Both the position numbers and the translations under genes were made by a program. This document shows, in pieces, positions 1 through 9,724 of a DNA stretch of 64,000 nt. Under the pieces are notes generated by a model. The model was not told the DNA's origin. It was given only the letters and a program-made list of their open reading frames with translations, and searched no databases. This stretch comes from Carpediemonas membranifera BICM (lineage: Eukaryota; Protista; Fornicata). Each line of letters begins with the position of its first letter. Position 1 is the stretch's first letter. The stretch is taken from assembly GCA_019828565.1 (NCBI GenBank), contig JAHDYR010000069.1, positions 248,001 to 312,000 on the forward strand, written 5' to 3'.

Positions 1-964
1 CTTGGTCTGGGTCGGCCTGACACAAGCACCAGAACCTCCTTGTCCGCCGTGCCAACGACAACAGTTCTCCCGTCGTGAGAGATTGTGACAGATAAAGATT
101 CAGTCGCGCGTTTGGCCAGGTGCGGTGGCATGCTGATGCATTTGCCACTGGCCACGTCCCATTGTCTTGAGATTCGCCCACGGGAGACCGAGAAGAGGGT
201 GCGGCCCTCAGCGGGGAAGGCGAAGCTGTTCACTTCATCATTGTCCCCATTCAACGTCTTCATCAGCCTGCCAGAGGCCACGTCCCACAGTATGATAAAT
301 GCGTCAGTCCCGCCCTAGGCGATGGTCGACCCGTCCGGGGAGACGGCGATGCAGAAAACATCATCTCCATGGTCCATTCTCATGATGCACCGTCCCATCG
401 TATTCCACAGCCTGATGCTGTTGTCGAAAGAAGCAGTGACCATGGTGCCGTCAGAGAGGAATGCCGCGCCTGCAACCCGGCTACTATGCCCTTCAAGGGT
501 CTGGATACATCCACCGTCTATCTTCGCATTCCATGTAGCAAGTGCTCGGTCAAGTCGGCTTGGTTTGTCAGCAACAAGAACGCCTTGGGTCATCGTGACA
601 GTGAGGTCGGGGTCGGTCAGCCTCATGCTGAACTCGCCGGGGAACGCCAGTGCATCCAGTGTTTCGAGGTGGTCGAGGACGCGGCTGAGGTCTGTTGCAG
701 TGAGAGGCGAAGCGCCACTGGGCTTGAGGTGGAGCTTGTGCTCTGGGGAGAAGGCGTGTTTCGTGACATCTAGCAGCATGTTGTCTACTGCTATACAGTC
801 ACTGCTATATGAGATTTTTGGGGAGGACGCACCATTGCTGAGAAGCACTGTGTGAGCGACAAAAACAGTGTAGGCATCATCACTGCTCTACAACAACGAG
901 GGAACGAACCATCTAGGTAATAGTAACAACGGGGAACGTACTTTCTTCACCGTCGAGCCTTCAT
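1..964 (-). pseudogene. WD40-repeat gene with micro-exon-encoded N-terminal Cys motif; paralogue of the 52106-56426 gene; two in-frame stops; runs off the window edge
   Basis: Predicted exons 964-942, 912-910, 847-833 and 804-<1 give MKARR*RKCASQQCSDCIAVDNML. WD repeats follow (LEGHSSRVAGAAF...ASFDNSIRLWN; VFCIAVSPDGSTIA*GGTDAFIILWD). The frame stays WD-like and open past the TAG at 315-317 to the window start. TGA at 947-949 sits where the paralogue has Cys. Confidence 0.7.
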
Positions 965-1223
965 CTGTCAATCACCTTTCTCACTCGCAGCGCGTCCAAA
1001 CCTGCTCGACTCAACCACAGTCGCTGGCACCAGAGTCACGATGTCCGCCCACCCATGCCTGGCGACTGATGAGCGCCCCTATTCAGCGGCCCCGAGTTTA
1101 CCCTGGTCGGTTGGCTGGATCTGAGACCCACCCTTGAGCTACCCAACCTTTCTCTCACAATTCTTTACCCTGCAAACGACCTCACAGCCTTTATATACAC
1201 CCCAACCGTAACACCCAACCCGC

Positions 1224-2531
1224 TTACATGTCAAAGTGGAAATATTTGTACCACACCGCGTACTTGAGCCGAGTGATAAGGGAGTTCATCGCAACAGTCG
1301 CCTTGCCGCTCTTACTATACTCCACAAACAACGTCTTCTTCCCCAAGTAAATGAGGTGAGGGTATGTATCAACACCCACGTCCGCGTACTCCTTCCCCCG
1401 CTCCATCTGGGGGAACCGGCCCCTGTGTGCCAGAGTCTCTTGACCTCGACTAGGCTCCTTCATCACCTGCTTTCGTACCACTGCCATGTTTCGTGCCGCG
1501 AGCTTGGCTTGAGCATCCATGTAGTGAACGAAGTTGCAGTCGGACTTGTCGTCTATGCGGGCACATGAACCAACTGCCCAGACGAACGGGACGGGCTTGT
1601 CGCCCACTAGAACGTTCAGGTGAGTGTCTACGTCCACAGTGCGGCCCATGGGCTGGTCTTCCACCTCTGGTGCCATACTGACAGTGATGTCTGGGGCAGT
1701 AAAGGTCCCAGCGGCCCAGACCACGACGTCCGCGTCAATAGTCTTCTCTTCTGGTACTGCGCCCTCCTCCTCGGCGGGCACCATATATGTGAGGCCGCCT
1801 TCTTTTGGCTGGATGTTGGTGACGTTAGGGTGCACGTCAACGCCGAGCTTGGAGACGGCAGTGTCTACCTGCTTGCGGGTCTTCTTGGGAAGCTTCTCTG
1901 CTGCAAGGACCTCGCTGCTTCTGCTGAGAATGCTGACCTTCGCCTCGGGGCACTGCTTGGCGATGTACGTGGCGTACTCGATGCCTGTCGCACCCGAGCC
2001 AATGACAACTATGTTCTTCGCAGTTTGAACGGCCGTCCTGGTACCCTCCATGCCGACAACGTTGCTGTCATAGCCGTTGATTAGCAGCGGCGCCCCTTCG
2101 GTAGTACTGAATGCTTCGAGAGTGTCCGTGGGAATCGCCCACGAGAGACCGTGAGCCAGGACAAGAACGTCGTAGGATTCCTTGGTCAGCACGGGATCGT
2201 AGCCCTCGAGCGTGGGAATATAGGTCACCTCCTGGCCAGCGTAGTCGATGGCTGTGACACGCCCTTGGATGAAGTTCTGAACATGGTCGCATTCGAAAGC
2301 AAGGGAGACCTGGCGCTTGCTGAAAGTCTTGGGTTGCAAGAATGTGATGGGAATGTCTGGGATGAAGCAAAAGTGTGAGTTTGGCGCTATGACGGTTGTT
2401 TCAAAGCCATGAGTCTTGTGTAGGTACTTGGCTGTCGCAACGGCAGAGAACCCGCCACCAACGACGATTGCTTTCAGTTTGTGCATGAATTGGTATGGTG
2501 AAGCAAGGCATTGCTCCTCGCCTGTCGACAT
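1224..2531 (-). CDS. FAD/NAD(P)H-dependent pyridine nucleotide-disulfide oxidoreductase (AIF/FSP1/NDH-2-like)
   Basis: Two Rossmann motifs (IVVGGGFSA; VVIGSGATGIE), ESYDVLVLAHG, DVVVWAAG, and VWAVGSCA at the FAD-binding GD site. Confidence 0.8.
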   Translation of the reverse strand: MSTGEEQCLASPYQFMHKLKAIVVGGGFSAVATAKYLHKTHGFETTVIAPNSHFCFIPDIPITFLQPKTFSKRQVSLAFECDHVQNFIQGRVTAIDYAGQEVTYIPTLEGYDPVLTKESYDVLVLAHGLSWAIPTDTLEAFSTTEGAPLLINGYDSNVVGMEGTRTAVQTAKNIVVIGSGATGIEYATYIAKQCPEAKVSILSRSSEVLAAEKLPKKTRKQVDTAVSKLGVDVHPNVTNIQPKEGGLTYMVPAEEEGAVPEEKTIDADVVVWAAGTFTAPDITVSMAPEVEDQPMGRTVDVDTHLNVLVGDKPVPFVWAVGSCARIDDKSDCNFVHYMDAQAKLAARNMAVVRKQVMKEPSRGQETLAHRGRFPQMERGKEYADVGVDTYPHLIYLGKKTLFVEYSKSGKATVAMNSLITRLKYAVWYKYFHFDM

Positions 2532-2906
2532 TTGTGCTGTTGTCGTCTATTTGGGTCCAAACCTGCGGCAGCCGTACATCTGCCGGGAGGAGATGGCGGA
2601 CTGGGATAAGACACGTATGAGCTCGGGTGGACATGTATGGCTCGATTCAGGATATTGTAGACATGCTCGGCAATACTGCGATTTTACTTCTTTTTTAGTT
2701 TAGGATACCCAGGTTTGACCCAGGTTCGACTGTATGGGGGCTACATCATTTAGACACTCGGACTTGGCCTTGTCCTGTAGAGGGCAGGAGCTGCCCGAAC
2801 ATTTGCGACTGTGTTCCTGCAGTCTATATTGCGGGTTGGTCGAGCCAGGCTTCTTGCCGAAGACTGCTGGGACTTGATCGAACACGGTACAAAGCAGTGT
2901 CGAGCC

Positions 2907-5375
2907 TTACATCATATCCAAAGCAATCTTACCGTATCTCTGCAGCAAATCTTCAACCCACGCCTTCTCAATCTTAGATACGGTCTTGATATAAACACAG
3001 CGCGTCTTGACCACCTGGTGAAACAGCACGAAGCCAGGCATCTTACCACCGGGCGGCGGTCGGGCAAACTTGGAGGATGGGTGCACTCTGACATCAAGCG
3101 GCGGTCTCACAAGACGGTACGGTCCTCCTACGTACGAGGCTGTGTTCATGAAGAACCCCTGGCACAGTGCGCGGAGGACCGGTTCAGCTGGTATCGTTCC
3201 ATCGCCCAGAGCGCAGCTCACGGGCTCAGCGGACCCCAGCATGTTCATTAGCTGTACGCGGATGTCTGCAGCCCGTTGCATGGCGCGGGCATGGACGAAG
3301 TTGTCGTGGCACCACTGATCCCGCTGTGCATCTGGTACACTGCTCCATGCGTTGAACAGGGATAGGAGAGTGAGATGATCTCCTTCTTGTGATACGAACC
3401 CCTCATGGGCCGTCGCTGCTTCCCTCTGGCCCTGCTTCGTCCGTGGTTTGAAGAACGGGTCCCAGTCCGCACTGAGCATTGCAACTACGCTGAGCATCTC
3501 ACGCAGACACCCGTGCTGTTGGCCTGCGTACAGTGCTACGCCCATGGCCGGTTCCATGGGCAACTGGGCCACGAGCTTGCCCATTTCAGTCACCATCGTC
3601 CTCCGCATCACCGCAGCGGTGTCTACAGCGCTCACCTGTAGAGCTCCGAGGGTGAGTAGACCCCCGGCGGCCAGCCTGACCTGCTCTGGGGCTGGGCAGT
3701 CGAGGAAGTCAAGGTCTGTTCCGAACGGGTTGTCGATGCCGATGCTCTTCAACATCAACAGGGGCGAGTCGAGCTTTGTACGCTGAATCTCGGGCTTTGT
3801 CGACTCAGGGAGCTCGCGTTTGAAAGCATCTGCGGTGTAGAGTCGGAAGCAATGGCCTGGGGCTACGCGACCTGCTCGGCCAGCCCGTTGCTCGGCCGAC
3901 GCCTTGCTTATAGGCACGATCTGCAGCGCCTCAGCGCCCGTGTCTTCGTCGAAGTCCTTCATTTTGACGTAACCACTATCAACCACATAAACAATATTAT
4001 CAATCGTTAGCGAGGTCTCAGCAATGTTAGTACTCAACACAATCTTCCTCGCATGCCGCGGGGTTGGTGCGAACACGTCCATCTGCTGGGCCCGCGGCAG
4101 GCTGGCGTACAGGGGCACAATGATGATCTCAGCCATCTCCTCCTCGGCACACTCAAGACCGTTCCGCACAGCGGTGTCGTGCTGCTCTCTCAGCTGGCGC
4201 TGGGCGTCCTCGATCTCTTCCTGGCCTGTGAGGAACACTAGGATGTCCCCAGGCCCCTGGGTAAAGTGGACTTGGAGTATCGTCAGAACCGCGGCGGGAA
4301 CGTAACCGCGTACTGGGTCGACGGAGTAGTAGATACTGACAGGGAAGCGGCGGCCTGGCACCTCTAGGATAGGCGGTTCGAATGTGGTATCACCTAGTTT
4401 CATACGGAAGAAATCGCGGAATTTCAGACGTTCTAGCGTAGCAGAGGAAATTACAACGGTGAACGGGTCGTACCAGGGACTGGCAGGGTCGTTACGGGCG
4501 AGCAGAAGCTGCTTGACCATCGCGAAGAGGATGTCTGTCTGCAGTGTTCTCTCGTGGGCCTCGTCAATCATGAGCACAGAGAAGGAGGAGAGCCGGGGAT
4601 CGGATAGCATTTGACGGATCAGCATGCCGTCGGTCAGGAACTGTATCGCCGTGTCATCGGATGTGTGGTCCTCGAATCTGATAGTGTAGCCTGACACAAG
4701 CTTCGGAAGGCCAGGGTTGGTCGCATGGGCCTCCTTGTCAACCCGCATCGCCACAGACATGGCCGCTACTCGTCGAGGCTGCGTGCACGCTACCCGTTTG
4801 CTGGCAGAGGCGATACCAGCCTCATACACGAATTGGGGGATCTGCGTCGTCTTGCCAGAACCGGTGGCCGCGCTGACAATCACCACTGGGATGCGGGGGT
4901 CTTTGATGGTCTGGATTATCTCGTCCCTGTATCGAGAAATCGGGAGAGATTCGCGGACGTCTCTGATATCATCAGAAGGGGGCGGGCGGTGGTCTTCCTC
5001 GCCGCTGGTCTGGCCGAAGATGAAGGATACGCGGTCGTCGATGGTTAGGTCGATGCCGGCCTTGCGCAGTTGGTCCTCCTCGAATGCAATGTCGGCTCGC
5101 TTCGTGAGTGTGGGCTTTCTGTATTCGTAGACAATATCCCGGAGCTTCTCCTTGTTCTCAAGGGCTTCAAGGCGATCAGGTACCGCTTCTCCTTCTTCGA
5201 GCTCGATCCGGTCACGCTTGATCGCCATTTCAAGAGCCACGGATTGCTTATCAACCCGATCATGAAGGTACTGACGCCGTGAGAGCTCGCGAGCCTTTCT
5301 AATCTCTTCACTAAACGAATCCTCTTCGTCAGAATGCTCAAGCTCCCGCTCCGCCTCTAGCGCGTTCCTCTTCAT
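2907..5375 (-). CDS. DHX16: DEAH-box splicing helicase, Prp2/DHX16-like
   Basis: ATGSGKTTQIPQ, TQPRRVAAMSVA, DEAHER, SAT, STNIAETSLT and QRAGRAGR, plus HA2 and OB-fold regions. N-terminal SRRQYL resembles DHX16. The start is uncertain (MKRNA at 5375; the open frame extends to 5639). Confidence 0.8.
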   Translation of the reverse strand: MKRNALEAERELEHSDEEDSFSEEIRKARELSRRQYLHDRVDKQSVALEMAIKRDRIELEEGEAVPDRLEALENKEKLRDIVYEYRKPTLTKRADIAFEEDQLRKAGIDLTIDDRVSFIFGQTSGEEDHRPPPSDDIRDVRESLPISRYRDEIIQTIKDPRIPVVIVSAATGSGKTTQIPQFVYEAGIASASKRVACTQPRRVAAMSVAMRVDKEAHATNPGLPKLVSGYTIRFEDHTSDDTAIQFLTDGMLIRQMLSDPRLSSFSVLMIDEAHERTLQTDILFAMVKQLLLARNDPASPWYDPFTVVISSATLERLKFRDFFRMKLGDTTFEPPILEVPGRRFPVSIYYSVDPVRGYVPAAVLTILQVHFTQGPGDILVFLTGQEEIEDAQRQLREQHDTAVRNGLECAEEEMAEIIIVPLYASLPRAQQMDVFAPTPRHARKIVLSTNIAETSLTIDNIVYVVDSGYVKMKDFDEDTGAEALQIVPISKASAEQRAGRAGRVAPGHCFRLYTADAFKRELPESTKPEIQRTKLDSPLLMLKSIGIDNPFGTDLDFLDCPAPEQVRLAAGGLLTLGALQVSAVDTAAVMRRTMVTEMGKLVAQLPMEPAMGVALYAGQQHGCLREMLSVVAMLSADWDPFFKPRTKQGQREAATAHEGFVSQEGDHLTLLSLFNAWSSVPDAQRDQWCHDNFVHARAMQRAADIRVQLMNMLGSAEPVSCALGDGTIPAEPVLRALCQGFFMNTASYVGGPYRLVRPPLDVRVHPSSKFARPPPGGKMPGFVLFHQVVKTRCVYIKTVSKIEKAWVEDLLQRYGKIALDMM

Positions 5376-5733
5376 TCGCTGGTCTTTTCTGGCAAAACTA
5401 ACGCTTGCCACCGCCACGATGGAGGGTCTGGAACAGGTCCAGAGCATGCGACACGTGCTGTAACGGCAGCGGGCCGCGGAGCTGGTTGTCGTTGAGCAAG
5501 AGGTACTGAGGCTCGGGATGATTCGCCGGTGGTGTTGTGGGAGAGTCATTGATTTGATGGTCTCGCTAGATGTCACAGTATCATTTGGTGCGGGGAACAT
5601 TGGCAAGTGGCATGTCAAGAATAATTTGGCCTTCGCCAAGAGATCGACCTTAAACTGCTCGAATCAGCGTAGAATGAGTCAACTCGTATTAGTATTGTTC
5701 AGGCCACCACACAATGTCCGCGTCCCCGGTAAT

Positions 5734-6633
5734 TTACTCCATGCTTTCGATCATCCTCCTATTCTGTTCGAGCATCTCCACCATCCGCCTCTGCCCCTCC
5801 TCCAGCTCCCCCACAGCCGCCCCCACAGTCACGGCCGACTGGTGGACCTGCTCCAGGGTCTCCATTCGATCAAGAACCCACCCGAGGCTTGGCAGGGCAC
5901 GATCCCACTCGACAAGGCGGTCAACGATGTGGGTCATGTCGCCGTCTGGCCCGATGACGTCGCGGAGCTTGCGGGCCTGCGCTGTGATGCCTGCGAGGGC
6001 CCTTGAAAGGCTGGTCAGGCCTGCTTCAGTTGTGGAGAGAATGCGAACGTCCGCCTTCAGATCGTCCACGGCCTGGCGGAGAGGGACGTCTACAGATGCA
6101 CCACCCATCTCCTTCTCGATCGCAGCGACTCTCGACTCTGCTTTCCTGAGTGTTGTGGCCATTTCTGAGGCTGCCGGGACAGGGTCAAGGGTAGGCGTTG
6201 TCCCGGCCGCGGGGACGGAAGAAGAGCCGAGGGCTTCTCTCAGAGCAATCAGGGGCTTCTCTCGTGACTGTAGGATGCCTGCTCTCATGCTCTCAAGCGC
6301 CTTTCCCGCTGTCGCTCCATGGGTGCTGGCTTTGATGTCCCGCTCAAGGGCATCTGCGTCCCTGAGAAGGCGGGCATATCTTTCTTGCAGCGAATCTAAG
6401 CTATTCTCGCTCTTTTCCTTCATACGGCCCAGCCGTTCGCCAAATTGGGCCTGCTGAAGCATTTCGAACGCACGCACGGTAGCAGTAGCCCTTCTATCGA
6501 TCCTGCTGTCTATATTGAGAGCATTCATGTCATTTGGTGCCACAGGCGCAGCCCTAGGCTTGATGGTTAGCGTCTGTCCCTTGTTCATACACTGCTGACA
6601 CAGTCGTGGAGTCAACCCAGTCGGCCCGGCCAT
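5734..6633 (-). CDS. Coiled-coil protein resembling dynactin p50/dynamitin
   Basis: SLQERYARLLRDADALERDI and WDRALPSLGWVLDRMETLEQVHQSA resemble conserved dynamitin blocks. Start uncertain. Confidence 0.5.
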   Translation of the reverse strand: MAGPTGLTPRLCQQCMNKGQTLTIKPRAAPVAPNDMNALNIDSRIDRRATATVRAFEMLQQAQFGERLGRMKEKSENSLDSLQERYARLLRDADALERDIKASTHGATAGKALESMRAGILQSREKPLIALREALGSSSVPAAGTTPTLDPVPAASEMATTLRKAESRVAAIEKEMGGASVDVPLRQAVDDLKADVRILSTTEAGLTSLSRALAGITAQARKLRDVIGPDGDMTHIVDRLVEWDRALPSLGWVLDRMETLEQVHQSAVTVGAAVGELEEGQRRMVEMLEQNRRMIESME

Positions 6634-6766
6634 GTAGAAGGTAGTATGGCGTGTGATCGTGTTGAACTTGCACGCGGGAGTCTCAGCTTGGCGATGTAGC
6701 TTGATTTTGGGTGCATGTGCCAAAACCGGCAAAACCTAAGAGCAGCATCGTTTCTCCATCAATTTC

Positions 6767-7741
6767 ATGGGACCGTGCACAGTTTTCTGCATTCTTCTTC
6801 TTCCTGTACTATGGATCCTGTATGCCCTGTATCCAGCCCTCAGAACCAAGTGGGCTTCTGTTCAGAACCTCAATGAGAAGTACGCCTGCCAATGGGTCAT
6901 GGTCACCGGAGCTGCAGGCGGAATCGGACAGTCCATCTGTGATGACCTAGCGAGACAAGGCCTCAACGTCCTTGCTGTCGGCAGGAACCAAGAGAAGCTC
7001 GACGAGCTGTGCTCCCGTCTCCAGACGTCGCACCGCATCCTCGCTGAGCCCGTCATCGCAGACTTCTCTCAGACTGACAACTACACGTCCCCACCCTACA
7101 TCGAGGCGCTTGAGTCTGCCTGTGCCGGCAAGGATGTCGGCATCCTCGTCCTAAACGCCGGGCTCGCCCAGGTTGGCTCGGTCCTCGCCCCCAACGCTAG
7201 AGCCCTGGCCGCCATCGCCCAGATCAACGCCGTGTCCCAGGTATATGTGGTGGAGTGGTTTATGCGTCGTCTCGTCGCTCACGGCAGAGTCACGAGTGCC
7301 GTCGTTTCAATATCGAGTGTTGCCGCCTTCACACCCACGCCGCTTGCCTCCACGTACTCTGCCTCCAAGGCGTTCGTGTCTCGATTCATGGACGGCGTAC
7401 GGCCCGAGGCGACGGCGGCTGGGATCGACCTGCTCACCGTCCATCCAGGCCCCGTACGAACCCCGTTCTACGACTGCCTCGACGACCAGACTGCTAAGCG
7501 CGGTATGTGGCTCGTCAACATGTGGGCCACAGGGCCAGAGGCTGTGTCTCAAGCTATTCTTCGTTCTGTGGGTAGAGTTAACAACATTCCGCAGGGATTC
7601 GTGGGTGTGTGGGGTGAGCTCGCCATGCGTGTGGTGGGGACAGGCACTGTTGCCTGGATTATGGACAGGGTTGGGCTGGGGCTCATTGCCAGGAAGGAGA
7701 GGGCGTTGTATGTCGATAAGTTCGCCAAGAGAGCGGATTAA
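6767..7741 (+). CDS. Short-chain dehydrogenase/reductase, 3-ketoacyl-CoA reductase (17b-HSD12)-like
   Basis: N-terminal membrane anchor, WVMVTGAAGGIG, LVLNAG, ISS and catalytic YSASK. Confidence 0.85.
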   Translation: MGPCTVFCILLLPVLWILYALYPALRTKWASVQNLNEKYACQWVMVTGAAGGIGQSICDDLARQGLNVLAVGRNQEKLDELCSRLQTSHRILAEPVIADFSQTDNYTSPPYIEALESACAGKDVGILVLNAGLAQVGSVLAPNARALAAIAQINAVSQVYVVEWFMRRLVAHGRVTSAVVSISSVAAFTPTPLASTYSASKAFVSRFMDGVRPEATAAGIDLLTVHPGPVRTPFYDCLDDQTAKRGMWLVNMWATGPEAVSQAILRSVGRVNNIPQGFVGVWGELAMRVVGTGTVAWIMDRVGLGLIARKERALYVDKFAKRAD

Positions 7742-8004
7742 AGTTTGCTTTTTGAATGGTTGAGAACGTGGTGGGGCACAGCCGAGTGTGATTGTGATGA
7801 CAACTCTGATTGGTTCTCTTGATCCCATAAGTGAACCGAGATGACAAGTCTATTTTTGTCAACCACTGAATCAGCACGGCGTCAGACGGCCAGCCAGACT
7901 CATTGCCACGGCCACTCGGGATTTGATCGTGATTGGAGCTGAATCCGCACATATCGTTGACCATCGCGGACCCCACAAGAAATCTCCGCACCCAACGCAC
8001 AATC

Positions 8005-9630
8005 ATGAAACTCCTGCTTGTTTCGCTGCTTCTGATATGCGTACTTGGCACTCCTATGACTGGTACTGTTAGATTGTGGCAAACCAGCGACGTTCACGGC
8101 TGGATTGATGGCCATCCCCACATGTACAAGGATGCCGGCCTTGCGGACTTCCTGGGCCTCGTTGAGACCGAAAAAACCGCTGTACAGAACGATGAGACCA
8201 CTGAGTTCCTCCTCCTCGACTCTGGCGACCAGGTCCAGGGCACGGGCTTCAGCGACGCTACCGACATTGACGGCTCCTTCATCTATGCAATGATGAAGCA
8301 CCTGCCGTACGACGGCATGACTGTGGGCAACCACGAGCTCGGCCTCCCCGACACTGTGAAGATGCTGCACGACCACGCCTCCGACCTCTTCACTGAGTCC
8401 GATCTCTACGTTACTACCAACACCATCTGGGGCTCCAACAAGGGCGAGAGCCAGGAGGACATGAAGCCCCTCGGCCAGACCCGTTACCGCACCATGACGC
8501 TCAAGAAGTTCGACATGAAGGTCATCATCTTCGGCTGGATGTACAACTTCAGCCACGACATCGACGGAGCCTTCGTCGTTGACGCTGTCAAGACGATCAA
8601 CTCTGATTGGTTCAAGGCCGTCATCGAGAAGGAGAAGCCCGACTTTGTGATCAACCTCAACCACATCGCCACATCTGACCACCAGAACAACAACATCTAC
8701 CTCGCCCAGCGCGCCCTGATGCCCGACACGCCCCTCCTCCTCCTGACGGGCCACTCCCACCAGTTCCGCCACGCCAACTGCATCGCCGCCGACGGGTCGA
8801 CTGACCCCCAGTGCTTCATGTCCGAGCCCATGTGCTACCTCTACATGTTCGTCGAGATGGACCTGCACTTCACCCGCGCCTCGGGCAAGTGGCAGTGGGC
8901 AGACCTCCCCAGCCCCAAGTCTGTTGAGGCAACCAAGGCCGCCTTCAAGTCCGTTGTCGGCGACGAATCAATCACTACCTCGCACTCAAAGGCCATGCAG
9001 ACCGAGATCGACACTGAGGCGTCCGAACTCCATCTCAACAAGGTCATGGGTTGCTCTGACAAGACGTACTACCGCTCCCAGGCCCCCGAAGGATACGGCT
9101 CGGCCAAGTCTTTCATCGGCTTCTTCCAGGGCAAGGTGATGCCCCAAGCAGTCTACCCAGACGACGGGGCCAACTACGTTTCATTCTTTAACAGCGGCAT
9201 CCTGCGTGCCAATCTTTATGAGGGCCAGGTCGTCCAGGAGGACATTTACACCATCGCGCCGTTCCCCGATCCCTTCAAGACTATCAAGGTCTCTGGAAGC
9301 GACATCAAGCAGCTGCTCAAGCTTGACCACGGTTACCCTTACGACTCTGACTTGGTGTCTGAGAACCACCATGAGGTTGGTGTCGGGCTCGGCATGGCTC
9401 CTTCGTTTGGCTATACGCCGCTGCCCCACTATATTCTCAGCATAGGATCGAGTGAGATCGTCGAGGATAAGGACTACGTCCTGTTCTGCGACGGATACGA
9501 TAGCGTTGCCTTCCTTGAGCGTCTGAACAAGCATGGTGAGTCGGCTCCTTATACTGCTGATGATTTCCACCCCGCCACCACCGTCCAGACCGCCCTTGAG
9601 GATTACATGAGCAAGTATATGTCGTGCTAG
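8005..9630 (+). CDS. Secreted calcineurin-like metallophosphoesterase / 5'-nucleotidase family
   Basis: Signal peptide MKLLLVSLLLICVLG; TSDVHGW, DSGD, GNHE and GHSH metal motifs; C-terminal NSGILRA...IAPFPD 5'-nucleotidase domain. Confidence 0.85.
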   Translation: MKLLLVSLLLICVLGTPMTGTVRLWQTSDVHGWIDGHPHMYKDAGLADFLGLVETEKTAVQNDETTEFLLLDSGDQVQGTGFSDATDIDGSFIYAMMKHLPYDGMTVGNHELGLPDTVKMLHDHASDLFTESDLYVTTNTIWGSNKGESQEDMKPLGQTRYRTMTLKKFDMKVIIFGWMYNFSHDIDGAFVVDAVKTINSDWFKAVIEKEKPDFVINLNHIATSDHQNNNIYLAQRALMPDTPLLLLTGHSHQFRHANCIAADGSTDPQCFMSEPMCYLYMFVEMDLHFTRASGKWQWADLPSPKSVEATKAAFKSVVGDESITTSHSKAMQTEIDTEASELHLNKVMGCSDKTYYRSQAPEGYGSAKSFIGFFQGKVMPQAVYPDDGANYVSFFNSGILRANLYEGQVVQEDIYTIAPFPDPFKTIKVSGSDIKQLLKLDHGYPYDSDLVSENHHEVGVGLGMAPSFGYTPLPHYILSIGSSEIVEDKDYVLFCDGYDSVAFLERLNKHGESAPYTADDFHPATTVQTALEDYMSKYMSC

Positions 9631-9724
9631 TGAATAAAATTGTTGTTCGGACCCTATGACTTCATAAATGGATAACATGAGCACTTTAACGAGCGCCAAT
9701 CACAAGCACTCTCGTCCCATCAAC

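Noticed and set aside
315-949. Stop-codon reassignment (TAG/TAA to Gln, as in hexamitid diplomonads)
   Set aside because: Conserved genes here end normally at TAA, TAG and TGA, and long ORFs have no internal stops. Only this one gene is affected, at Ser and Cys positions.
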